A stretch of 26,329 nucleotides of DNA from positions 1 to 26,329 of IMG/VR virus record IMGVR_UViG_3300011337_000037. One strand, written 5' to 3'. The notes beneath the pieces are model-generated. The model was given only the letters and a program-made list of their open reading frames with translations. It made no database searches and had not been told where the DNA came from. Position numbers and translations under genes: made by a program. Shown piece by piece: positions 16,802-26,329 of the stretch. Within the stretch, counting starts at the first letter, position 1. Each line of letters begins with the position of its first letter. The stretch comes from a virus (Duplodnaviria > Caudoviricetes).

Positions 16802-16947
16802 TTCTTTTTCCTAGCTTGGGATAAAGCAATGGCGAGGGCTTGTTTTGGCTTTTTTACAACAGGGCCACCCTTGCCAGAGTGAAGCGTTCCCGCCTTGTAC
16901 TCTCGCATGACAGAACTAATCTTCTTTTCTGCCTTGGTCTTTTTCAT
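16798..16947 (-). CDS. Small basic protein (49 aa, DUF6496-like)
   Basis: Manual translation MKKTKAEKKISSVMREYKAGTLHSGKGGPVVKKPKQALAIALSQARKKK*; the VMREYK.G.LHSG...KQA.AIALS motif resembles DUF6496. Confidence 0.75.
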   Translation of the reverse strand: MKKTKAEKKISSVMREYKAGTLHSGKGGPVVKKPKQALAIALSQARKKK

Positions 16948-17129
16948 TTACCACGACCTGATTTCTTCATCATGTTAGTAGCGGTACGACCACCACGGGT
17001 AGGCATAGCTTTAGGCTTACCAATAGCAATCATTACAGTAACAGGCATAGATTTCTTCTTGCCATACTCTTTGGCTTCTTTCTCGCCTTTTTCTGTGTAT
17101 GGGAATTTCTTGTTTCCAACTTGCGGCAT
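16944..17129 (-). CDS. Small basic protein (61 aa)
   Basis: MPQVGNKKFPYTEKG...; K-rich; AGGA SD. Confidence 0.72.
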   Translation of the reverse strand: MPQVGNKKFPYTEKGEKEAKEYGKKKSMPVTVMIAIGKPKAMPTRGGRTATNMMKKSGRGK

Positions 17130-17136
17130 ATATTTC

Positions 17137-17340
17137 CTATCGAATTAACTTGGTTGCAACAAAAGAAATAACACCGCCAATAACAGAGGCGATAGCCATT
17201 CCCACAAAGAAACCGCCTTTAGACTTGTTAGCCATCTCAAGCAGTAATTTAATATCTTGGCGAAGTCCATGGACTTCTGCTTGTAGAGCCTCAACTTGGG
17301 CTTCTAGCTTACCAAATTCCCTTGGATCAATTTCCGACAT
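17137..17340 (-). CDS. Coiled-coil protein with C-terminal TM (holin/XhlA-like architecture)
   Basis: Likely start MSEIDPREFGKLEAQV at 17340 (GAGG SD), followed by a heptad coil and one TM helix. Confidence 0.65.
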   Translation of the reverse strand: MSEIDPREFGKLEAQVEALQAEVHGLRQDIKLLLEMANKSKGGFFVGMAIASVIGGVISFVATKLIR

Positions 17341-17509
17341 TTGCAACCTCTTTTCTAGGTCTTCCACCACGGGATTTAGGTTTATCTTCTACTTCCTTTG
17401 GAGTTTCCTCAACAAGAACGTATCCTTCGTGACCTTTCATGCTATCAATATCATGTTGATAAGTAAAAGTTATCTCAGTACCCGACTGTAAACATCTAAA
17501 AGTAGCCAT
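17327..17509 (-). CDS. Hypothetical protein with AT-hook-like RGGRPRK tail
   Basis: GGAG SD; C-terminal GGRPRK. Confidence 0.68.
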   Translation of the reverse strand: MATFRCLQSGTEITFTYQHDIDSMKGHEGYVLVEETPKEVEDKPKSRGGRPRKEVANVGN

Positions 17510-17518
17510 AAAAACTCC

Positions 17519-17545
17519 AAAAAAAGGGGGGTATTAGCCCCCTTT
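17519..17545 (-). terminator. Rho-independent terminator
   Basis: Minus strand AAAGGGGG-CTAATAC-CCCCCTTTTTTT. Confidence 0.8.
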
Positions 17546-17548
17546 AAA

Positions 17549-17872
17549 TTAGACCAAACGAACCACAACGCACTTAATTGTTGTGCTTGCCAAGTCCACA
17601 GTAGCGGTACTTTCGTTTTGGAAACGAATTGAGACAGTATTTGCCGCTGAAACATAAGGTGTGATGGAGAGGCCAGAGACATCCACACCCATACTTACGT
17701 TCATCACAATATCGCCCAAAGCAACGCCTGGAACTGTAATTGTGTTTGTCTCACCAGCGCCATCTACTAAAGATGAAGCGTTTAGTGTTGCTGTTACAGA
17801 CCAAGTATCCGAAAAAAGACCTCGGAATTGGTCAGTTCCCCTACGGGAAACTACTGCTGTTGCTGCTGCCAT
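17549..17872 (-). CDS. Putative capsid decoration/cement protein
   Basis: 107 aa, beta-rich, directly after the capsid gene; AAGGAG SD before ATG 17872. Confidence 0.62.
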   Translation of the reverse strand: MAAATAVVSRRGTDQFRGLFSDTWSVTATLNASSLVDGAGETNTITVPGVALGDIVMNVSMGVDVSGLSITPYVSAANTVSIRFQNESTATVDLASTTIKCVVVRLV

Positions 17873-17890
17873 AATAAATCTCCTTGATGT

Positions 17891-17922
17891 AAAAAATCCC
17901 CCCACCGATTAAGGCGAGGGGA
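17891..17922 (-). terminator. Rho-independent terminator after the major capsid gene
   Basis: Minus strand TCCCCTCGCC-TTAATC-GGTGGGGGGA-TTTTTT. Confidence 0.75.
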
Positions 17923-17933
17923 AAAGGCAACTA

Positions 17934-18896
17934 TTAGGCTGGAACTGCTAACGCAAATGCGCTAGAAGACAAAGCTGCACCAGTTGTGGCGGCTGTACGC
18001 ATGGCTTTTACACCATACAGAGTGTCAGATGTAAACAGAGTAGCAAGGTACTCTTGTTTATACTGAGTCTGTGAACGAACACCAACTTGTTCAACCAGAA
18101 CCATAGAGTCCTTGTGACCCATCAAGCAGATACGATCTGTTGTAGAGTTACCTGCGCCAGTATCAGCATTGCTAGATGTGAACACGGGGATACCATACAG
18201 TTGACCGATTTCACCAGTACGGATTGCGTTACCATTACCCACAAAAGCCTGTTCTGTATAACGGGAAAGACCCATCAACGTATTGCGGCTTGAAGGAGGA
18301 ATGATGAAGAAACGACCATCCATAGGAGTGTCATTGTCATCCAAACGCTGAATCGTGCGACGAATAGCGGCATCAGTCAACGCAGAAGCATTGGAAGATG
18401 TGCTGTTGTAAGCAGTAGTACCATCACCGCCAATAAAGGCTTTGGTGGATGTATTGCTTGTTGCGTAGTCGTTAGTACCGACAGTAGCACCATTGAAAGC
18501 ACGACCCAATTGGATCAAGTCGGTATCAACTTGTTTAGCCAAAGCGTAACCAGCATCGGCAGTATAAAACTGACGCAAACTGTTCAATGCTTGTGCTTCA
18601 ACAATGTCCTCAATGAAACGTGAGTACTCATAGTGCTTGTTAATCAAGACTTGAACTTCTGTCTCAGTATCGGCAATCAGAGTCACAGCAGTAGATGCCG
18701 CTTTTGCTGATGCGTTACCACGAGTAGGAGCTGGAATGTGAACTGTGTCACCTTTCTTGCCCTTGAAGTTCATCTTCATTACGATGTTAGCCAAAACAAG
18801 GTTTTTCTTGTATGCGGCTACGATTTCATCTGACCAGATTTCTGGGATGAATTTGTCTGCGGTTGTTACTGTAACCGCTGGTGTTGGATATGCCAT
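17934..18896 (-). CDS. Major capsid protein
   Basis: FIPEIWSDEI, KGDTVHIP, AGYALAKQVDTDL, GEIGQLYGIPVFTS and DTLYGVK are typical HK97-fold podovirus coat motifs; follows the scaffold gene. Confidence 0.92.
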   Translation of the reverse strand: MAYPTPAVTVTTADKFIPEIWSDEIVAAYKKNLVLANIVMKMNFKGKKGDTVHIPAPTRGNASAKAASTAVTLIADTETEVQVLINKHYEYSRFIEDIVEAQALNSLRQFYTADAGYALAKQVDTDLIQLGRAFNGATVGTNDYATSNTSTKAFIGGDGTTAYNSTSSNASALTDAAIRRTIQRLDDNDTPMDGRFFIIPPSSRNTLMGLSRYTEQAFVGNGNAIRTGEIGQLYGIPVFTSSNADTGAGNSTTDRICLMGHKDSMVLVEQVGVRSQTQYKQEYLATLFTSDTLYGVKAMRTAATTGAALSSSAFALAVPA

Positions 18897-18914
18897 GATT
18901 AAATCTCCTAAAGT

Positions 18915-19658
18915 TTAACGAACTCGACCTTCTGAGTATGCTGCCATAATTTCTTGACTTAAAGCATCATAACGATCTGGGTCTTGCATTTTGAGCCGAA
19001 TAAGGTCTGCCCTTCTGTATACCCTCTTTGATGATTCACCAGAACCACCTACATCAACACCTACTGCTTTTAAGTTCTGTTTGCGAGTTACCTCGCCCTC
19101 ATTACTTGTTTGCTTCTGTTTAACAGAACGTAGCTGTTTATAGGTAGATAGCAATTCATTGGCTGAGTCGTAATCATATCCAGAATCGGCTTGCTCGAAG
19201 ATTTTAATGCGAATAGGGCTAGATTTCACCCAATTTGCAAAGTCCTGATCTTTGGCAATGTCTCCAAAGTCGGGATGCTCTTGCGCTAACCTTTGCTGAA
19301 TCTGTGACCTTTTCATTTCTAGCGTTACTTGTCGTGCCGCTAGGATGTCTGGGTGATTATCAACAGTCTTTTGAACTGCCTTCTGTGGATTCTCAAAGAA
19401 ATCTACTTCAGGCTCTTCCTGTCTAGTCTGTTGTTGTCGTGAACCAAGGTTCTGTTTGATAAGTTCATCGGCTAACTTTCTAACCTCGCCTACTTCCTGT
19501 GCTTGCTTTCCAATTAGCTTTTCAGCCTCTTGGTGCATCTTCACAATCTCGTCTAAACTTTTTTCCCTGTATTTCTCAGGAAGTTCATTCTTTTGCGAAA
19601 TCTTCTGTTCTTCGATCTCTAACTCACCCAACTCTTCTTTGTCATCATCAACTAACAT
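18915..19658 (-). CDS. Capsid scaffolding protein
   Basis: Acidic N-terminus, LPEKYREKS...EAEKLIGKQAQEVGEVRK coil and C-terminal AYSEGRVR; immediately upstream of the capsid gene. Confidence 0.82.
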   Translation of the reverse strand: MLVDDDKEELGELEIEEQKISQKNELPEKYREKSLDEIVKMHQEAEKLIGKQAQEVGEVRKLADELIKQNLGSRQQQTRQEEPEVDFFENPQKAVQKTVDNHPDILAARQVTLEMKRSQIQQRLAQEHPDFGDIAKDQDFANWVKSSPIRIKIFEQADSGYDYDSANELLSTYKQLRSVKQKQTSNEGEVTRKQNLKAVGVDVGGSGESSKRVYRRADLIRLKMQDPDRYDALSQEIMAAYSEGRVR

Positions 19659-19665
19659 ACTTTTT

Positions 19666-19709
19666 TCCTTTTCCTGCCGTTAATCGGTTGTAGGAGATTC
19701 AACTCGGCA
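19666..19709 (-). promoter_or_regulatory. Putative structured leader of the scaffold mRNA
   Basis: TGCCG/CGGCA and GTTG/CAAC nested stems; loop CTCCT is complementary to the downstream AGGA SD-like copies. Confidence 0.45.
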
Positions 19710-19716
19710 TAATTGC

Positions 19717-19944
19717 TTATGAGTTGATTTTGCGTTCAGTTTTTAACTTGTCTAAGTGGCTTTTCTCGAACTTTCCATGCGCTGATGGAAACGCTCCAGA
19801 CCACCCTTCTAAGCGAAAAGCTGGCGCTGAGAGAATGCGATGAGAATCCTCACCACACTCACACTTCAGACTTGTTGCCTCATAATCAACAAATCTTTCT
19901 GTCTTATGCCCGTTTATACAGGCAAATTCATACATTCTTCTCAT
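19717..19944 (-). CDS. FmdB-like zinc-ribbon protein
   Basis: MYEFACINGH...CECG...RILSAP matches the FmdB-type Zn-ribbon pattern. Confidence 0.7.
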   Translation of the reverse strand: MRRMYEFACINGHKTERFVDYEATSLKCECGEDSHRILSAPAFRLEGWSGAFPSAHGKFEKSHLDKLKTERKINS

Positions 19945-20167
19945 TTAAGTCCTCAAATGCTCTTTCGCTGACTTGTTTTAAGTTCTTCAGCCAAATAAGG
20001 ATTGAATACTCACCTTTTCTGAATTGTAGACTTTTTTCATCTGCAATCGTTGCGATATTATTCAAAGGCTCTATCATTTTGTCAATATCTTCCATTAAAT
20101 CTATCCATCCTTGAGTAGACATCATGTCAAATCGAGCGTCATAATAATTTTGTAGTTCAGGTGTCAT
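19928..20167 (-). CDS. Small head-module protein
   Basis: Helical protein (GWIDLMED...LQFRKG) of the type usually found between portal and scaffold; start at 20167 or 20176. Confidence 0.65.
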   Translation of the reverse strand: MTPELQNYYDARFDMMSTQGWIDLMEDIDKMIEPLNNIATIADEKSLQFRKGEYSILIWLKNLKQVSERAFEDLNEKNV

Positions 20168-21210
20168 GTCATCCATTCTTTATTGGCAAGTAGTCTGGGA
20201 TCATTGGGTTTGAATTTTAAAGCCTCATCAAGCTCTTGCTTTGCCTTATCCTTATACCCAAGATGCCAAGCGGCAATACTGCAAAGGTCGTGTGGTTTGT
20301 CAGACCATGCAGAGGGGTCCATTGTGTAGACCTCCAACTTTTCTTTAATTTTCAATGCCCTATTTGCCGCAAAATAACAAGTCTCCCAATCGTTAGTGTT
20401 GTAGCAGAACATGGCGTAATCTACCCAAGGCTCACGGGTGTTAGCCTCCTCAAGACAAGCGCCTTGATACCATTTCTCAGCCTCTTTGATCTCACCAAGG
20501 CTTTCGTGTGACTTGCCCAAAAGCCTCATAGCATAGCACCGCTCATGGCTCCAAACAGCTTGTGGCATTGTCAGGTACTTTTTGAGCGCAGGGATAGCCT
20601 CTTTCCATTGACAATAAAACGTCAATTCTCTAGCGTAGTAAAAAGCATTGCGGTGGCAATATGGGTCCTCTTTGACCGCAAGTTCTAACAAAGGTAAATA
20701 CTGACTTCTTGACTTTGTTTCATCAGGGTGATGACTTACCAACAACATATCGGTATGTGCGTACACCTCTGGAATTCTGTTATCAGCACGAATGTACTCA
20801 TGGATTGGGTGATGCCAATGGTAGCCATAGCGATGATGGATTTTCTCGCTGTAAAACACGACCCCGTTGCTCCAATCAAACTTGTAGCGCAGACGGGTTG
20901 TGTCGGTTGCCCATACCCGTTCTATCTCTTTTCTCCATCCTGGCTCTAGCACTTCGTCTAAATCAAGAGATATACAAATATCAATGTCAGATGGAAGTAA
21001 GGCAAGTGCGGCATCTCTGGCTTTGTCAAAGCGCCAAGGTTTTACGCATATATCAAACACTCTAGCGCCAGCATTCATTGCTTGCTGAACAGTATCATCA
21101 GTTGAACCTGTGTCAGCAATGACAATCAAATCAGCATCTTTGGCTGAATCACAAAACCGTTTAACGAAATGCGCTTCGTTTTTGCTAATGGCGTAGACAG
21201 CTATTTTCAT
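20164..21210 (-). CDS. Glycosyltransferase family 2 with C-terminal TPR repeats
   Basis: IAVYAISKNE, DTGSTDDT, RFDKARDAAL, LDLDE (DxD) and HE motifs; TPR-like helices (FYYARE, AEKWYQ..REPW, ALKFKPNDPRL). Confidence 0.88.
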   Translation of the reverse strand: MKIAVYAISKNEAHFVKRFCDSAKDADLIVIADTGSTDDTVQQAMNAGARVFDICVKPWRFDKARDAALALLPSDIDICISLDLDEVLEPGWRKEIERVWATDTTRLRYKFDWSNGVVFYSEKIHHRYGYHWHHPIHEYIRADNRIPEVYAHTDMLLVSHHPDETKSRSQYLPLLELAVKEDPYCHRNAFYYARELTFYCQWKEAIPALKKYLTMPQAVWSHERCYAMRLLGKSHESLGEIKEAEKWYQGACLEEANTREPWVDYAMFCYNTNDWETCYFAANRALKIKEKLEVYTMDPSAWSDKPHDLCSIAAWHLGYKDKAKQELDEALKFKPNDPRLLANKEWMT

Positions 21211-21212
21211 AC

Positions 21213-21476
21213 TTAGCAGTTTTCAGCATCCTCAAAACCTACTTGCAGTTTCAGGTCAGCATATAGACCATCCATCAGATTACCCTGTGGAGTTGGGCAA
21301 TAGAAGGCGTGTTGTGCCACTTCTTGAGCATTTGCTTGCCTAGCATCAGCATTGGCAGACACAGACACTTGGTATTGCACCTGATCTTTGTTGCCAAAGA
21401 TGTTGGTTATACGGGCATAAGCGTCTGTGAATGGAACACCGACATTGCTTGTGGGGATAGAGATTTTAAGAGCCAT
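21213..21476 (-). CDS. Small fibre-associated hypothetical protein
   Basis: MALKISI...DAYARI...LYADLK...FEDAENC, translationally coupled to the fibre gene. Confidence 0.65.
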   Translation of the reverse strand: MALKISIPTSNVGVPFTDAYARITNIFGNKDQVQYQVSVSANADARQANAQEVAQHAFYCPTPQGNLMDGLYADLKLQVGFEDAENC

Positions 21477-22714
21477 TAGAAAGTTACCTCAGTTGTTTCG
21501 ATTTTTGCTACCCATCGGATTGTGGTTGCCGCCTGACCTGTAACAGTTACAGCAATACCGCCGTTAGTTGTGTCAGCAGTAATAGCCAAGACCCATGTAG
21601 AAGCCCCTGCGTCTTGAGCAATAACAGTTGGAGTCACAGCCGCAACCAGAGTTGTGGATGCAGCGTTAGCACCACGCTTAATTGCACCCTCAAACTTCCA
21701 CGAGGAAGTGTCGCCAGCCGCAGTTCTTGCTGCAATGCAAGTTCCTTGGAATGTATAGGCGCTGTTGTTGGGTAGGATGACTTGGTTGGTTGTGGATGCG
21801 GCAGATGTGTTGCTTCTAAGAATTGTTGCGGTTGCGTTTGTGGTTTGGCTACCTAGCAATAAAGTAGCCAGTTGTTGAGCATTTAATGCAATTGGTGTGT
21901 TGCTTGCAGATGTTACAAAATTTCCAATAATTGATCTTGTTAAGCCTCCTGCGCCACCAATAACAGCAGCATTAGACCCGCTTGCTGTGTTGTTCTCACC
22001 ACCGACTACAGTAGCTCCAAGAGAATTTGCATTATTGCTTGAACCACCAAAAACAGAGGCATATGTGTTGTTTGCACTATTACTAGCCCCGCCCGCCACA
22101 ATACATCCAACTTGGCTTGCTGTGTTATTGCTGCCACCAACAACAGCAGCACTTGAACCGCTTGCTGTGTTGCCGTTACCACCAACAACAGCAGCATTTG
22201 TATTGCTTGCTGTGCTGCTGTTACCACCACCAATAAAGGAAAAAGCGCCAGAAGCAGTATTGCTACCCCCTCCTACTACTGCGGAGTAACTATTAGCTGC
22301 GCCAGAAGACGCTCTATTTAATAACAGCCACCCCGTTTGTAAATAACCGGAACTTGTACCAAAAGAAATACCTTGTTTTGAATAAACAAGGACTATTGAA
22401 TCCCCTTGTCCAAGGGTGACAATAGAATAGTCAGAGCCTGTACCAAAACCACTTACATCCGATGAATAAATACTAATAGATTGAGAACTACCGCCATACC
22501 TCTGATTAGAAATTGTTATTTGCTTGCCTTCAATTGGCGCTGTGGGCAAATAAAGTCTAATTGCAGTTGTTGTTGCTCCAGTACGAAAAATTTGAATAGG
22601 TGAGCAGTCATCTGGCAAAGATACTGAACGAACAGCGGTTGTATTTGCAAATGTGCTAAAGAAATCCCACACCTGAATTGCAGGTGTGTTCTCGGATGCA
22701 AAACCCGTAAACAT
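21476..22714 (-). CDS. Putative virion fibre/adhesin with ~14-aa VVGGxxNxAS solenoid repeats
   Basis: About eight tandem VVGG..N.AS repeats, T/A/S-rich, with a C-terminal beta domain ending WVAKIETTEVTF. Confidence 0.7.
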   Translation of the reverse strand: MFTGFASENTPAIQVWDFFSTFANTTAVRSVSLPDDCSPIQIFRTGATTTAIRLYLPTAPIEGKQITISNQRYGGSSQSISIYSSDVSGFGTGSDYSIVTLGQGDSIVLVYSKQGISFGTSSGYLQTGWLLLNRASSGAANSYSAVVGGGSNTASGAFSFIGGGNSSTASNTNAAVVGGNGNTASGSSAAVVGGSNNTASQVGCIVAGGASNSANNTYASVFGGSSNNANSLGATVVGGENNTASGSNAAVIGGAGGLTRSIIGNFVTSASNTPIALNAQQLATLLLGSQTTNATATILRSNTSAASTTNQVILPNNSAYTFQGTCIAARTAAGDTSSWKFEGAIKRGANAASTTLVAAVTPTVIAQDAGASTWVLAITADTTNGGIAVTVTGQAATTIRWVAKIETTEVTF

Positions 22715-23157
22715 TAGTAATCCCCACCAACAGCAGTCAGGTGGAAACCTGCCGCTACCGCTGTACCAAACGTAGCGTATATACGATAGCTTGGTGCTAA
22801 ACTAATGTTTAAAGGCAAAATAATGTCAGGTAGTTCTGCTGTTTCAGAAACAGTAGTTGATGATAAAGTTCTTTCAAGATAAAGTGCATTATTAGCCGCT
22901 GTACCTGTTGCAGAACCATTGTTCAACCAAATACGAATAACAGTTGCTACGTTAGTGCCAAGCGCTCTAACTTTAATAAAATCTACTCTTGAACCATTAG
23001 TTGCTTCTGCTGTTTCAATTGGGCCATAGATTGTTCCGCTAGTCAGGTCTTTAGTTGTGTTAGCAGTAACACCAGGCGTTGCCGCATTAGCCGCTGCTCC
23101 ACTAACCCATGTATTAGCAGGGATTAGCGGAAAAATAGGGTTTGTATTCTGTGCCAT
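22714..23157 (-). CDS. Putative virion structural protein
   Basis: 147 aa, beta-rich (NTNPIF...GSRVDFIKVRALGTNVATVIRIW...GGDY), coupled within the fibre cassette. Confidence 0.65.
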   Translation of the reverse strand: MAQNTNPIFPLIPANTWVSGAAANAATPGVTANTTKDLTSGTIYGPIETAEATNGSRVDFIKVRALGTNVATVIRIWLNNGSATGTAANNALYLERTLSSTTVSETAELPDIILPLNISLAPSYRIYATFGTAVAAGFHLTAVGGDY

Positions 23158-25459
<2,302 letters not shown>

Positions 25460-25463
<4 letters not shown>

Positions 25464-26329
25464 TCACCTATGATGCTTTTAAGGAAGTCTTCATCCTTTT
25501 TGCTCTGATTAGCTTTTTCTGCCATCTGCATCTGAACAATCTTACCTTTGTTCTTAATGTCTTCTTCTTTAAGCATCAATTCAGCAATTTTCACCCGTTT
25601 ATCAAACTCAGCAGACTCATTGCCTTCTGGTAGATTTTTAGTGGTTGATGCAATCACTTTAGCTTGGACTTCTTGAGGCATTAACTGTGTTTCAGTCAAC
25701 AATTTAGCAGCTTCAGCACGATTTTGCTCTGCTTGTGTAGTTTGAACAGCAATCTGAGCCTGTGCCGCTTGCATAGCCAACTCAGCCTGTGCTTGTTGCA
25801 TCTGCTGTGCTTGTGGATCAGGTTTGCTCATCTCATCCAACATCTGAATCAACTCAAATCTGTTAGACAGAGATGAATTAGCCATGATTCCCTTCAGAAT
25901 GATAGGCAAAACAGGCGTATTCGGGCCAAGAGTCTGCAAAAGCGCAATGAATTGTTGTTGCTCATGCTCTCTAGCGATGATTCCAAGTGCAGCCGTGGGA
26001 ATAAACTTCATGTCCACAGTAGGGTAACGCTCGGGGTCGAACTGCATATACCGATAAGCGGCTTTGGTGATGAAGGGGATCATAAAATCCTCTTGAAAGT
26101 TCACCAAGGTACGCTTGTATTTCTTGATAATCGAGGCTGTAGCCATCGAAATACCACCCTGACCCGCATCCCTAGAGACAGCAGTAATCATTCCCTGAGA
26201 GTCAAGTGTTCCTGTTGCCATCAAAAGCATACGCTCAAACTCTTTGGCAGTTGTCAGGTTAGAACCATCAGTATTGCCAAACTTGAACGGGAACAGAATC
26301 TCATTGGGATTGCCGTTTGTCAGGATTGC
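25460..26329 (-). CDS. Portal protein, C-terminal part (runs off window end)
   Basis: Frame is open to 26329 ([12 protein letters not shown]...ERMLLMATG); Q-rich C-terminal coiled coil as in P22-like portals; upstream of scaffold and capsid. Confidence 0.8.

Noticed and set aside
16505-17148. ORF-track calls 16505-16789 (+), 16591-16773 (-) and 16840-17148 (+)
   Set aside because: The region is fully tiled by coupled minus-strand ORFs 16655-16801, 16798-16947 and 16944-17129 with phage-like sequences.
20164-21210. Glycosyltransferase as a DNA-modifying or O-antigen conversion enzyme
   Set aside because: It lies in the late structural operon, has TPRs and no TM segments, and has no neighbouring base-modification or gtrA-type genes; this role is not excluded but is less supported.

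Overview
This window is a ~26 kb piece of a tailed dsDNA phage genome with a podovirus-like layout (P22/T7-type short-tail genes, no tape measure or sheath gene). The host is Gram-negative, since the phage encodes Rz/Rz1 spanins. Most of the window (4038-26329, minus strand) is one late operon. It runs from a partial portal through an inserted cassette of two Gly-Pro-Thr collagen proteins, two putative fibre proteins, a small ORF and a GT2-TPR glycosyltransferase. It continues with a Zn-ribbon protein, scaffold, major capsid, a probable decoration protein, small basic proteins, tail adaptor and nozzle, a tail fibre with an S74 chaperone domain, three probable ejection proteins, and an extended lysis cassette ending in a GH19 endolysin. 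At 1-4041 are two divergent early operons. The plus-strand one carries an acidic protein, ERF recombinase, HNH endonuclease, SSB-like protein and HTH protein; the minus-strand one leads into a replication initiator with internal iterons. No integrase or CI-type repressor is visible. The most notable observations are (1) a candidate virion-fibre O-glycosylation module resembling the spore BclA plus GT2-TPR systems, (2) three candidate structured RNAs, including a C4-like antisense element with its own promoter and cis targets, (3) an exact 33-nt direct repeat bounding a tail-fibre module, and (4) an 11-bp hairpin over the start of the lysis cassette. All product calls come from motif recognition and gene order by eye; no database searches were run.
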